A DNA stretch of 64,000 bases from a virus: positions 76,678-140,677 of IMG/VR virus record IMGVR_UViG_3300045988_132585; one strand, written 5' to 3'. Each line of letters begins with the position of its first letter. Position 1 is the first letter of the stretch. The translations under genes and the position numbers were made by a program. Shown piece after piece: positions 47,307 to 57,010 of this stretch. Under the pieces are notes generated by a model. The model was not told the origin of the DNA and did no database searches. It worked only from the letters and a program-made list of their open reading frames with translations.

Positions 47307-47491
47307 TCTCTATATTTCAATACAAGTGATATAATTGAAAAGGATACTGCCGTTAAAGATAACGTATATGGTAAGTTCATTAACCATCTCGGTACCTCTT
47401 CTGTCTTAATCACTATCAGCAAAATAGCACCTGCTACTACCAATAATACAATTGCCGTCGCAAGTGCTACACGGGAAACAACATCACTCAT
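47261..47491 (-). CDS. Small membrane protein (76 aa, two TM helices)
   Basis: VALATAIVLLVVAGAILLIVI and LSLTAVSFSIISLVL. 3' end overlaps the downstream gene's N-terminus in another frame. Uncertain. Confidence 0.3.
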   Translation of the reverse strand: MSDVVSRVALATAIVLLVVAGAILLIVIKTEEVPRWLMNLPYTLSLTAVSFSIISLVLKYREWKRNCTSAKDADEK

Positions 47492-47954
47492 CAGTTTTCT
47501 TTTCTCCCAATTTTTCTACGCCTTTTTGCAGATCGTATTTAAACACTTCAATGATTTTCGTTTCTGCAATAGACTCACAATTCCAGTCTCCTAACGTGCC
47601 CTGCATACCTTTAGTCAACACAGCCTCAGCGTCTTTCGGATTGCCGGCCTGGACATACATATAGCATGGCGTTTTCTTTTCTTTACCTTTCTTTTCATTC
47701 AGTGTAATGTAATTCACCTTACACTTATACCAGTACTCAGCTTCTCCGTTGAAGAAGATTTCCGACACTTTAATAGGATTAATTTTTACAACCTCGAAAG
47801 ATTTGTACAAATCCTTGAAGATTTCCAACGATCTTGATTCTGCCTCTGTATAAGACAAGGCATCCACTAAATACTTTTCAGTTACTTTCTTTTTTTTGCC
47901 GTTCTCGATATTATCAATCTCGGCTTTTACCGTAATTTCAAACCAGCGATTCAT
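47484..47954 (-). CDS. Hypothetical protein (156 aa)
   Basis: ORF; MNRWFEITVKAE-type N-terminus. Confidence 0.45.
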   Translation of the reverse strand: MNRWFEITVKAEIDNIENGKKKKVTEKYLVDALSYTEAESRSLEIFKDLYKSFEVVKINPIKVSEIFFNGEAEYWYKCKVNYITLNEKKGKEKKTPCYMYVQAGNPKDAEAVLTKGMQGTLGDWNCESIAETKIIEVFKYDLQKGVEKLGEKKTDE

Positions 47955-47965
47955 TGTATTAATAT

Positions 47966-48220
47966 TTAATTAGTTGATTTCTTTCCTTTTTCTATACTGT
48001 TTTTAAATCTTTCAGAACACCACTGCAAAACATCCATCATCATCATCTCATTATTAGATAAGATACCTTTTATAATTAACGCCAATTGATGCTGTGACAT
48101 TCTTAGGCTCATATCAAATCTTCTTTCCTCTTCATTTACTATCGTGGCTACGAAATACTTACACCCCTCTAAGTGCGTCAGGGCTTCAATCATAGCTTCT
48201 TTTATCTCTTTTTCTTCCAT
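47966..48220 (-). CDS. Hypothetical protein (84 aa)
   Basis: ORF. Confidence 0.4.
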   Translation of the reverse strand: MEEKEIKEAMIEALTHLEGCKYFVATIVNEEERRFDMSLRMSQHQLALIIKGILSNNEMMMMDVLQWCSERFKNSIEKGKKSTN

Positions 48221-48295
48221 TCTGTTTGTTTTTTTCTGGACAAAGATATGTCTTTTGATAATAAAAAATATTCAAAATGATTTAATTTAGCTTAA

Positions 48296-48964
48296 TTACG
48301 GCTCTTTTGATTCGTCCGGTATAGGCATGTCAAACTTTTTTCTGATAAACGACTCTGTTTCTTCATTGAATGGATAGGCTTCCTTAATAAAATTCATAGC
48401 TACTTCCATGTCACCGTCTGCTATATCTTTATACCTTTCAAAGATACCAACCAGGTCATTGTTGTATGAACGTTCTTGTTTTATGTTGTACACGTATTTC
48501 AATACCCTGTCTTTAATTTCATTGGCTTTTTTCACAGTATCATTGAAGGAATTTGCACTTTCCAATTCTGGATCTTTGTTTCCCTTGTTTACTTTATCAA
48601 ACTCTTCCTTGCTATACCCCGCTTCCCCTTTAATAGCTGGGCAAACACTTTCCTCTATGATCCAAAATTGTTCATACGAGCCTGTCAGAAACCTTGATTC
48701 TATTTTAAATGCATTATATTTAACAAGCAAATTAGCCACCTCAGTTGCACCTTCTATGGTTCTAAAACCGATGCCGATATCTTTTAACATAAATACTGGA
48801 ACTCCAGTTCTTGGATACACAACTTCTTTTTTGTTCTTTATATTCCAGTTTTTAGCTTCAATTGGAATACCTTTACCAGCAAGCTCTTTGTCTATATACA
48901 GATATATCTCTTTGCATGTCAATGACACAATCTCATCTCTGCTTAAATCAAAAACTGTTTTCAT
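48296..48964 (-). CDS. Hypothetical protein (222 aa)
   Basis: ORF. Confidence 0.45.
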   Translation of the reverse strand: MKTVFDLSRDEIVSLTCKEIYLYIDKELAGKGIPIEAKNWNIKNKKEVVYPRTGVPVFMLKDIGIGFRTIEGATEVANLLVKYNAFKIESRFLTGSYEQFWIIEESVCPAIKGEAGYSKEEFDKVNKGNKDPELESANSFNDTVKKANEIKDRVLKYVYNIKQERSYNNDLVGIFERYKDIADGDMEVAMNFIKEAYPFNEETESFIRKKFDMPIPDESKEP

Positions 48965-49163
48965 TTTTTTTATTCATTAAATTAAACAACTTACTTCTTT
49001 GTTTAGGCTCCGTATATTCCACCCATATATCGGCTGCCACATTTCTCAGAAATTCCATAAAGTCTTGATGATCCCTGTATTCAACAGAATCAACTTTTCT
49101 CACAAAACTTAGAATTTCCTTTAACATCTTATTGTTTTCTTCAAGAAGTTCCCTGTCGGTCAT
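48948..49163 (-). CDS. Hypothetical protein (71 aa)
   Basis: ORF. Confidence 0.35.
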   Translation of the reverse strand: MTDRELLEENNKMLKEILSFVRKVDSVEYRDHQDFMEFLRNVAADIWVEYTEPKQRSKLFNLMNKKNENSF

Positions 49164-49184
49164 GATCTCGTGAAAATATATTAT

Positions 49185-49520
49185 TCAACATGTAATAGGC
49201 AGTAAATTTTCGATGTAGGCCCATCTTACGATATGGAAAATTCTAACAGCTATTTTCCAATTAGAGTTATTTGGCCCACAGACAATAGGAGTTCCATCTT
49301 GTTTAATAGCAATCAACATTCCACTGTGTTGTGGTGTTTCGCTTGCATCATGCCACGCGCTGCTGATGCTCCATTCTGCACCTGCCATGAAGTCTTCATA
49401 GCAATTATCCTTGCGTAAAACATAATCGTCTGCATCCACTTCTTTGAGAACGTTTCGCCTAAAATGTGTTTTACCTATGGTATAATCTTTTGCTGCTTTT
49501 TCAATATCTTCTCGTTTCAT
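49185..49520 (-). CDS. Hypothetical protein (111 aa)
   Basis: ORF. Confidence 0.4.
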   Translation of the reverse strand: MKREDIEKAAKDYTIGKTHFRRNVLKEVDADDYVLRKDNCYEDFMAGAEWSISSAWHDASETPQHSGMLIAIKQDGTPIVCGPNNSNWKIAVRIFHIVRWAYIENLLPITC

Positions 49521-49533
49521 TTCTTTTTAAATT

Positions 49534-49953
49534 TTACAGCATAGATTGAACATATTCCAAATATTCTTGAGCTTGTTCAGGGGATTCGAATTGAGATGTC
49601 TCTTCGTTATATAAAGGAGCATAGTTGGCTTGTTTCAATAAATTGTCGTAAAACATATTGATGAATATTTTTAATAGATCGGCTGTATTATTCGCTGTTC
49701 CCATTGTTACTCCATGACATCCATCTCCCATATTTACATATTCGTTACTAAAAAACATCCCACCTTTTATACCATATCGAATTTGAGCGATGTATATGCG
49801 TTCGAAATGTACTTCAAACCGAAGATTATGTTCTGATTTTTCATATTCTTTGATTGATAAGCAGAATATGCCAAAAACAAATTTCAACTCTTCTTTTGTA
49901 ATTCCTGCCGGATTTTTTGTCAATATTTCTTTAACTTGTTCTTTCGTTATCAT
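49534..49953 (-). CDS. Hypothetical protein (139 aa)
   Basis: ORF. Confidence 0.4.
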   Translation of the reverse strand: MITKEQVKEILTKNPAGITKEELKFVFGIFCLSIKEYEKSEHNLRFEVHFERIYIAQIRYGIKGGMFFSNEYVNMGDGCHGVTMGTANNTADLLKIFINMFYDNLLKQANYAPLYNEETSQFESPEQAQEYLEYVQSML

Positions 49954-49976
49954 GATTCGCTATTTTTTTTATATTA

Positions 49977-50237
49977 TTACCAATCTCCGCCATCATTTGG
50001 AATATTTATAGTATCTATAGAATTGTTGTAATTACTGCCACCAAATTTTTCAAATTCCGGTTCAGGATTATCTTCTGTATCTCCATGCATCATTACATGT
50101 AGCGTTCCACTTGCACTATAAAGCCAAAGACGCTTACCATACTTTTCCCACTTTTTTGCAAGTCGTTTCAGAGAGTCAATCAACTTACATTCTTCTGGAG
50201 TACATTCTATTCCGGCTTCTGTTCTGTATTTGCTCAT
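49977..50237 (-). CDS. Hypothetical protein (86 aa)
   Basis: ORF. Confidence 0.35.
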   Translation of the reverse strand: MSKYRTEAGIECTPEECKLIDSLKRLAKKWEKYGKRLWLYSASGTLHVMMHGDTEDNPEPEFEKFGGSNYNNSIDTINIPNDGGDW

Positions 50238-50248
50238 ATCTTTTTATG

Positions 50249-50464
50249 TTATTCTAAATCATCAATTTCATAACTCCAATTCATCGCATCTTTTTCTACG
50301 ATGTTATTAGCAAGCCATTCAGCCGCAATAGAATCTTCAGGAGCTTCCCACACTCCGTTATCGTAGTTTTCTATTAGATCATCATATACTTCTTCTGGAA
50401 CTTCTATATCCTCTAATCCTACTGTGTAAGTAACCGTTACAGTCAAATTCTTTATAGCTTTCAT
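50249..50464 (-). CDS. Hypothetical acidic protein (71 aa)
   Basis: ORF. Confidence 0.35.
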   Translation of the reverse strand: MKAIKNLTVTVTYTVGLEDIEVPEEVYDDLIENYDNGVWEAPEDSIAAEWLANNIVEKDAMNWSYEIDDLE

Positions 50465-50530
50465 GACTCAATTATTTTTAGTTGTTATTTAATCTTCTAA
50501 ATTGCCCTTACCCTCTAATTCAGATAATGC

Positions 50531-50824
50531 TTATTCAAATTCCTTTATTTTCTTTAAGGCATATTCCTTACAATAGGTGATAATATCATATTGCGTATAA
50601 TCCGTAAAAAATCGATCTATCAGGTTCTTACAATAAAATCGTACAGGTTCTTCACCATGATCCAGTAAAATCACAAAATTGGAATTTCTCGGATGAAAAC
50701 ACAGGAATCTGTAATAATTCACCTTCCCTGCTATACATTCAATTAACTTTTCATCCATCTTCAATTTATTGACGTCTTCGATGTTTAATATCGGTTTCAT
50801 ATCTTTAGTTTGTTTTAAAATCAA
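50531..50824 (-). CDS. Hypothetical protein (97 aa)
   Basis: ORF; ATGA overlap with the upstream gene. Confidence 0.4.
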   Translation of the reverse strand: MILKQTKDMKPILNIEDVNKLKMDEKLIECIAGKVNYYRFLCFHPRNSNFVILLDHGEEPVRFYCKNLIDRFFTDYTQYDIITYCKEYALKKIKEFE

Positions 50825-51072
50825 TTCGAATAAATATAATACATTCCTGCTTCATATACCCTATGTACATCAGGGTTATTCTTGTCTTCCGGTTCCAATT
50901 CACTCTCTTCAAGAGTATAATCCCATTCAGAGTTGTAGTACATATTCTCATTTGTTTTCTCCAAGGAGCAATCTTTCATCAAATTCAGATATTCTCCCCA
51001 AACTGCAACTTCCTGCTGTTGCTCTTCTTCTGTCATAAGAGATATTTTGTCTTTCAATTCTTTCCAGGTCAT
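50821..51072 (-). CDS. Hypothetical acidic protein (83 aa)
   Basis: ORF. Confidence 0.35.
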   Translation of the reverse strand: MTWKELKDKISLMTEEEQQQEVAVWGEYLNLMKDCSLEKTNENMYYNSEWDYTLEESELEPEDKNNPDVHRVYEAGMYYIYSN

Positions 51073-51096
51073 GATTTTTAAAATATGATTAATAGT

Positions 51097-51480
51097 TTAT
51101 TCTACATCAAAAAGTTGATCTAACACCAACAATTCGGCATCCATATCTTCATCTTTCAGAAAACGAACTTTTATATTCCCGAATTTAGATGTCTTGAATA
51201 AGATGTAAGGATTCATATCTTCGGCAGTCACCGGCTTATATTCCTTAACTTCCGACATCTTGAGATACCAGTCACCTATTTTCACAAATTTGGAGAAGAC
51301 AGAGCACAGATGCGCTTTTACAGACTGTATCTCCTTTTTATCTTTGAAAGGTATAATTTCCTCCTTTCCCCTTATCCTGATTGACAGGAAAGGACGAATG
51401 TTATCTGTTTCATTTTGGAACTTGAAGCCTGTTATGGCTTGCTTGGGGATTCTTCTTCCCATTAATATAAAATAGCTCAT
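51097..51480 (-). CDS. Hypothetical protein (127 aa)
   Basis: ORF. Confidence 0.4.
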   Translation of the reverse strand: MSYFILMGRRIPKQAITGFKFQNETDNIRPFLSIRIRGKEEIIPFKDKKEIQSVKAHLCSVFSKFVKIGDWYLKMSEVKEYKPVTAEDMNPYILFKTSKFGNIKVRFLKDEDMDAELLVLDQLFDVE

Positions 51481-51492
51481 TGTTGAAAATAT

Positions 51493-52290
51493 TTAATTAG
51501 ACATAAATATACAAGTTTTACTAAGATATCCTTCTGTCATCTCTATGAAATTCACACAATCTAATTTGCTTAACTTGTAAATCAATGCCGGATTGTGTAC
51601 TATGGCTATAATTTGTGTTTGTGGTTTATGGAATGACAATACATTATAAATTTGCATTATGTTGTCAATGTCAAGATTCCTGTCTGGCTCATCCATGAGA
51701 ACCGTGTATTCAAAACTGCTTTTTGTTAATGCTATGCGGTTTCTTTTATAATACTTCAACAGGTTATCAATTCTTTTAATCCAAAACGCATTTGATTTTT
51801 TCTTGTATTCTACAAGATCTTGTATTGGAAACGTATAATCCTTCTGACTGAACATTAAATTGAAAAGCGATTCCAATGATAACACCACTTTCTCTCCATA
51901 AGATTTTCGAATATTATTCACATACAAATCGAGATTGCTGATGTTTTTCAATACGCTATCTCGATTCATCTCCGCCGATGGCAATAAACGGAATACTTTC
52001 CCTGCATAATCGGATGATATGTCAATCCCATCAAAAACCTTATCATCGTCATCAAATATAGGTGGAAAATCCAGTGCCTCGGTCGGCATTTCAGAGCACA
52101 TGGATTTCTCGCATAACATATACATTGATATGATGTTAAGCAAAGTTGACTTTCCACTACCGTTTTTACCTATAATTACATTCACTCCTGACTTGAAAAT
52201 AAATTCTCTGCCATTTTCAAATGCTTCTATATCCGAAACATATTCAAATGGAGTTTTTGTATTGTCTTTTATTTTTACTGATGTTATCAT
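51493..52290 (-). CDS. Compact ABC-type (AAA_21/RecF-SMC-like) ATPase, 265 aa
   Basis: Walker A GKNGSGKST. Signature-like KSYGEK. Walker B/D-loop VLMDEPDRNLD. H-loop IVHNP. Confidence 0.6.
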   Translation of the reverse strand: MITSVKIKDNTKTPFEYVSDIEAFENGREFIFKSGVNVIIGKNGSGKSTLLNIISMYMLCEKSMCSEMPTEALDFPPIFDDDDKVFDGIDISSDYAGKVFRLLPSAEMNRDSVLKNISNLDLYVNNIRKSYGEKVVLSLESLFNLMFSQKDYTFPIQDLVEYKKKSNAFWIKRIDNLLKYYKRNRIALTKSSFEYTVLMDEPDRNLDIDNIMQIYNVLSFHKPQTQIIAIVHNPALIYKLSKLDCVNFIEMTEGYLSKTCIFMSN

Positions 52291-52301
52291 TGTAATCCTT
52301 T

Positions 52302-53156
52302 TTAAAAATCAATTACCGTCCGAACCATGTCTCCGATGTGCTTGTTGCCGGTGCCCGTGAGGCCACTGGAGAAGACCACGTACCACGCGACGGCCTGGCT
52401 GCTCTCAGTGCTGGACCAATACCACGTCGAGGAGAGGGGAGATGCCGAAACATAAGTGAATGCTTTGTTTAGTTCGTCCATATAATGGGCCATTAAATTT
52501 AATTGACCAAGAGATGGTATATACTCGCCATCTTCCAGCAGATTTCTCAATTTTGGATTTCTGGCTACAAGGCGTTCCGTATTGCCGCGTCCGTCAATGT
52601 CAAACAGCGCATCACATTCACGTTCGTAATATGTCCCACTTCCGGATTCTTCACGGCTATCATCGTCAAGCAATTGTACGATATCATGTTCCGTCAGTGA
52701 GATTGCAAATGACATGTATCTGTGCTTCAACCCAATGTATCGTACACAATCTTTGGAGTTATCGCCGGTAAACGGCTCTGCATGTCCATCTTTGTAGATT
52801 ATATACAGTCCGTCAGTTGACTCTTTCTTATCCTCTTCGGATGGTACTCTGTTTTCACATGTACATTTCTCACTTTTGGATCTTACGATTATATTCAACT
52901 CATTTAATACATGATCCCTGATGACGCTCTCGCATGCTCTTCTTACAAAATCATGATCTCTTTGTTTGAGTTCATCATTCACCATGCATCTGATCCAGTT
53001 TTCTATCTGGTTGTCACCTCCATATGTATTAACCATGTACCGTTTTACGTGTTTCTCTAATAACAGCTCTATGTTTTTGATTATATCTTCTTTGGTAAGG
53101 TGAAGTTCATTTAATATATAGTTCCTTACTGCCTTGTATTCTTTACTTGTGCTCAT
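52302..53156 (-). CDS. Hypothetical protein with C-terminal DUF1566 (Lcl C-terminal)-like segment (284 aa)
   Basis: C-terminal WYWSSTESSQAVAWYVVFSSGLTGTGNK...VRTV matches the DUF1566 pattern (WSST ... AW.V.F..G ... VR.V) from memory. Confidence 0.4.
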   Translation of the reverse strand: MSTSKEYKAVRNYILNELHLTKEDIIKNIELLLEKHVKRYMVNTYGGDNQIENWIRCMVNDELKQRDHDFVRRACESVIRDHVLNELNIIVRSKSEKCTCENRVPSEEDKKESTDGLYIIYKDGHAEPFTGDNSKDCVRYIGLKHRYMSFAISLTEHDIVQLLDDDSREESGSGTYYERECDALFDIDGRGNTERLVARNPKLRNLLEDGEYIPSLGQLNLMAHYMDELNKAFTYVSASPLSSTWYWSSTESSQAVAWYVVFSSGLTGTGNKHIGDMVRTVIDF

Positions 53157-53167
53157 AATATACCGAT

Positions 53168-53635
53168 TTAATATTGTGAATCATATTTTCTTTCTCTCCC
53201 GCTGTCTTCCCCTATCGGATTGTCCCATCCATATTTTACAGCCGTAGCTTTAAATAGAGGGAGTCCATAAAATGCATAATCATCCTCACCCCAGCCTTCA
53301 AGACCTTCTTCCAGAATGTAGTTCCACATCATCACACATTCAAACATCAAACTGGCTGATATTCCTCTCTGATTTAATGCCTTTTCAAAACCGAATCTTA
53401 CGTCTTCTTCAAGCTGTTTCAGGACATTTTCTCTGGTAAATTCAACTACAGTACTGTTCCACTTTTCCTCGTTGTCATATTCTTCATTCGGCTCCATACC
53501 GAAATCCTTTATCATGCTATATGGAACAAATTTAGCCAGTCTGTTAAAATCTCTACCGTCTAAACATTTTGATGTTAATTCTTTAAGTTGTTCTAATGTT
53601 TTCATAAGCAATTTTGTTTTATAGGTTAATCCCAT
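53168..53635 (-). CDS. Hypothetical protein (155 aa)
   Basis: ORF overlapping the NTase gene by 10 nt. Confidence 0.4.
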   Translation of the reverse strand: MGLTYKTKLLMKTLEQLKELTSKCLDGRDFNRLAKFVPYSMIKDFGMEPNEEYDNEEKWNSTVVEFTRENVLKQLEEDVRFGFEKALNQRGISASLMFECVMMWNYILEEGLEGWGEDDYAFYGLPLFKATAVKYGWDNPIGEDSGRERKYDSQY

Positions 53636-54288
53636 CCTCCAGTAGCATACAAAGAAACATCTTCCTCCTCTACATTTACATCTTTAAGAGCCTGTAGAAG
53701 TTTTTTCTTTGTCTCCCGGCACATATTGTAACCATATCCTTTATACCGATATGAGCGTTCCCATGTGCTTACTGGAAAAGGAATATTTTCATCAATGACC
53801 AGCCTCTTCATATGAAGATGTTCAAAGAATTTCTCATGGTAGAGTAGTTTGTACTCGTATGCTACTATACTTGCAGATGAGAATGGAAAATAATCATCTT
53901 CCTCTTCTTCGTATTTAGGCTCCTTGTAGTAAGCCATTTTTGCCACAGTAAAGTCGAAGCTCCTGAGAATCTCTTCAGGCTTTCCGAACTCTGACTCTAT
54001 GAACTCTATCCATACCCTTTCTCCCTCTTTATGGAACGCACATACCTTCTCATTCCTGTACTTAAATTTCCATCCTTCTTTCTGATGTTTTTCATCATTG
54101 AACAAATCAACAGCTTCCTGAAAATCGTCTTCGCTTTCAAAGAAAATATCAATATCTTTTACTTTTTCTCCGGAAAGGATATTCTTAAAACATCCACCAG
54201 CTATGAACCCCTTGTGACCTTCCATATATTTGTCAAGCCATCTTATTTGCCAGAAATTATCTGGAGTATCTATTATAAAATTATTCAT
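53626..54288 (-). CDS. Pol-beta-superfamily nucleotidyltransferase (220 aa)
   Basis: hG[GS]x9-13DhDh motif: IAGGCFKNILSGEKVKDIDIFF. Candidate third acidic residue in SFDFTV. Confidence 0.5.
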   Translation of the reverse strand: MNNFIIDTPDNFWQIRWLDKYMEGHKGFIAGGCFKNILSGEKVKDIDIFFESEDDFQEAVDLFNDEKHQKEGWKFKYRNEKVCAFHKEGERVWIEFIESEFGKPEEILRSFDFTVAKMAYYKEPKYEEEEDDYFPFSSASIVAYEYKLLYHEKFFEHLHMKRLVIDENIPFPVSTWERSYRYKGYGYNMCRETKKKLLQALKDVNVEEEDVSLYATGGWD

Positions 54289-54306
54289 ATTGTTTGTATT
54301 TTACTG

Positions 54307-54561
54307 TCACCAAGCGAGATAAAAATTCCGCTTTACTATAACACAGTGGGTATAGTTATCCAGATCAACCCCATTTTCTTTGAATGTATCCAGAACCCTC
54401 TTTTCCACATATTTCAATTTTACTATTATTCCCTTCCTAAACTCTTCTATTAACTTCCCGTTACATTCAATAGGCCCAATAAAACAGTACCTATTTGAAG
54501 AACTGTCACATATGCAATATGTATCACACCCAAACATATTGCTTAAAATATCCTCGTTCAT
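54307..54561 (-). CDS. Hypothetical protein (84 aa)
   Basis: ORF. Confidence 0.35.
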   Translation of the reverse strand: MNEDILSNMFGCDTYCICDSSSNRYCFIGPIECNGKLIEEFRKGIIVKLKYVEKRVLDTFKENGVDLDNYTHCVIVKRNFYLAW

Positions 54562-54595
54562 AATTTCTCTATTGTTTTAATAATGATACTCTTTA

Positions 54596-55393
54596 TTATA
54601 TTTCTTCTTCACACCATTCATCCTCCCCTATCAATTGTTTATAATATTCGCTATGCTCTATCGCCAAAACATCTTGAGACAAATATTCTTGTAGCTCCAA
54701 TTTGCGCATTGGAGCAAGGCAATCCAGATGCTTAGTGTCCATTTCTTGCCTATCTTCATCTCCCCACATCCACATACCTATGGACTTTACTTCATCATCT
54801 ATAATCTTGGCACAATCTTCTTTCCAATCTCCTTCTTTGTCGCAGACTTCATTATCATATTTTTCTTTTGTAGCGTATGCTATCCCTTTTATATAATCAC
54901 CTTGACTATAACCCCTTGTTGACCACTCTATAGCCACCACATCTTTTCCGTATTTGGATATGATATCTAACAAATCTTCGTCATCCAGATCCTCTATTAA
55001 TTCTCCTCTGTAATCAAAGTCCGTCAAATCACTTGGAAAAAACTCTTGACCTATATATGGACTTGTCTTATGCTTCAACTCCCATACATTGTCACCTCTG
55101 TTGTATGTAAATGAGATCTCATTCGCTTCCCCTTTCTTTAAATATTTTACAATGTCTTTCTGTTTTATATGCTTCATTACAATAGCATCAATAACATCTC
55201 TAAGATCATGCTTGTTATCGTAGAAGAAAGTTTTCCAATTGCATTCATCATGCAATCGATGCGTATCAGAGTATTCAAAAAAGAATGACCCAAACAAACC
55301 CCAATTAGTTATAGGGCATTCTGAATCATGACAATAATACACTTTAATGCGATAATCGCCTACTTCTTTTGTTGTAATAAGATCGTCTTCCAT
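54596..55393 (-). CDS. Hypothetical acidic protein (265 aa)
   Basis: ORF; Asp/Glu- and Trp-rich. Confidence 0.45.
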   Translation of the reverse strand: MEDDLITTKEVGDYRIKVYYCHDSECPITNWGLFGSFFFEYSDTHRLHDECNWKTFFYDNKHDLRDVIDAIVMKHIKQKDIVKYLKKGEANEISFTYNRGDNVWELKHKTSPYIGQEFFPSDLTDFDYRGELIEDLDDEDLLDIISKYGKDVVAIEWSTRGYSQGDYIKGIAYATKEKYDNEVCDKEGDWKEDCAKIIDDEVKSIGMWMWGDEDRQEMDTKHLDCLAPMRKLELQEYLSQDVLAIEHSEYYKQLIGEDEWCEEEI

Positions 55394-55404
55394 GTCTTTA
55401 TATT

Positions 55405-55857
55405 TTAAATAGTTCCTAACTTTTTATCAATAAATTCATCTATTTCATCATAGTATGATCCATCGAAATCATAATTCCCATATTTCTCTGTAAACTCTTT
55501 AGCCCACTCTCGAATGATGTTAAATGCCTGTTCCCTGCTATATTCTTTTGGTCCTGTTAGATACTCCACAGCTTCCACCGATAACTCTTGCAGATTTCGT
55601 AAGTAATTTAAACCAATGCTATATGGTAGCTTACCTACTTCTATACATACATGATGATCTTGTTTAAAGGCGTCCTGCAAGTCTTCAAGACTCTCTATCA
55701 ATGACTCAGACTCATCATCTACCCTCACCTTGTATAACTCAAAATCTTCATTTTCTGCCGACACCCATATCTTGTAGGCTTTTTCGTTGGATAATCTTTT
55801 CCAAACAAATCCGTCGCTGAATACAATCAGGCTACCTGTTACTATCGTTCCTTTCAT
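55405..55857 (-). CDS. Hypothetical protein (150 aa)
   Basis: ORF. Confidence 0.4.
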   Translation of the reverse strand: MKGTIVTGSLIVFSDGFVWKRLSNEKAYKIWVSAENEDFELYKVRVDDESESLIESLEDLQDAFKQDHHVCIEVGKLPYSIGLNYLRNLQELSVEAVEYLTGPKEYSREQAFNIIREWAKEFTEKYGNYDFDGSYYDEIDEFIDKKLGTI

Positions 55858-56183
55858 TTTTCTTCCTCCTCATTATCCCATCCTAAACAAGAATCTAAAT
55901 GTGAAATAAAAATTGTAGCTCCCTTATTTTCTTCCACAGTAGGATACTCTACCTCATAATAGTCAAATTCAGAGCTCTCTAATCCGACCCTATCTTCATC
56001 CCATCCATTTTTGGTTCCATCCTCTGCCATTTCTTTAAGCTTTTCCAAAGCCTCTTCTGGTGTTTCTGCTTCAATGGATAATCTATCTTTCATCCATCCA
56101 TAAACCCTTCTTTCTACTTCAAATATAAATTCTTTCATTTCGCTATTTTTTTTTTGTTTATTATATTTCACATCTTGTATCAA
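55854..56183 (-). CDS. Hypothetical protein (109 aa); A10 tract in first 15 codons
   Basis: ATGA overlap with the upstream gene. The coding strand carries CAAAAAAAAAAT (plus 56143-56152). Confidence 0.4.
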   Translation of the reverse strand: MIQDVKYNKQKKNSEMKEFIFEVERRVYGWMKDRLSIEAETPEEALEKLKEMAEDGTKNGWDEDRVGLESSEFDYYEVEYPTVEENKGATIFISHLDSCLGWDNEEEEK

Positions 56184-56500
56184 ATAACCTCCTTGGAAGC
56201 ATTATTTAATGGTGATTCCTTCAATCTCTTTAGATTAAATCCTATCATATTCCCACACTGTGGACACTTAAAACCATAAGGTTCACTAACCATCCTGTCA
56301 CTTCTGTTGCACATCATACAGTATGGTCGCCATCCGTCATACCATGTCCCTCCCTTGGCTTCCTTCAATCTTCTCAACTTTTCTTTTTCTGGAAGATCTA
56401 TATTCTGTTTTAGTGTTTCCATTAATCTGTTGTTTACCGTGATAATATCAATATCTGAGACATCAAAACATAATACGGCTATTTTGATTTTCTCTTCCAT
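56180..56500 (-). CDS. Zinc-ribbon protein (106 aa)
   Basis: CMMCNRSDRMVSEPYGFKCPQCG. Confidence 0.4.
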   Translation of the reverse strand: MEEKIKIAVLCFDVSDIDIITVNNRLMETLKQNIDLPEKEKLRRLKEAKGGTWYDGWRPYCMMCNRSDRMVSEPYGFKCPQCGNMIGFNLKRLKESPLNNASKEVI

Positions 56501-56506
56501 GATTGT

Positions 56507-56686
56507 TTATTGTTCTACATCAATAATCCCATACTCTGCTACTTCCAACACATCCTGCACTATTTCCGGATAGTCAGTCGTATCTAACGAAGCATCTTGA
56601 ACGTATGCTTCCGCTAATTTCTTGGCTTCTTCAAACGATTCGGCTTGTATATATAAATCAAGCGTCAATGAAAACGGATATAACAT
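56507..56686 (-). CDS. Small acidic protein (59 aa)
   Basis: MLYPFSLTLDLYIQAESFEEAKKLAEAYVQDASLDTTDYPEIVQDVLEVAEYGIIDVEQ, below the ORF-track cutoff. Fills the gap between neighbouring genes. Confidence 0.3.
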   Translation of the reverse strand: MLYPFSLTLDLYIQAESFEEAKKLAEAYVQDASLDTTDYPEIVQDVLEVAEYGIIDVEQ

Positions 56687-56688
56687 AG

Positions 56689-57003
56689 CTAATCTGTTAT
56701 TCTGTAATAATAATCAAGTTCTTCTCCCTTAAAGTTGTTCATGGCATACTCGTCAGCTTCCCGCCACAACCGGTCATACAATGCAGCCAGTTCACGATTG
56801 CTTTTATAATGTTGCCAGATTTTATGATTCAATACCAGCGTCAATTCTGTAAAGAACTTATAATCGTCTTTCCATTCGCTGAACGCACGTTTGTAGGTAT
56901 CTTTGACACCTGCTATACCATACTTGTCGGCTATGCTGAAATCTTCCCAAAAGGTAGTTATCAGGTCATAGCCGTTCTCTTGCATAAATTCTTTAAATGT
57001 CAT
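56689..57003 (-). CDS. Hypothetical protein (104 aa)
   Basis: ORF. Confidence 0.4.
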   Translation of the reverse strand: MTFKEFMQENGYDLITTFWEDFSIADKYGIAGVKDTYKRAFSEWKDDYKFFTELTLVLNHKIWQHYKSNRELAALYDRLWREADEYAMNNFKGEELDYYYRITD

Positions 57004-57010
57004 ATACTAA

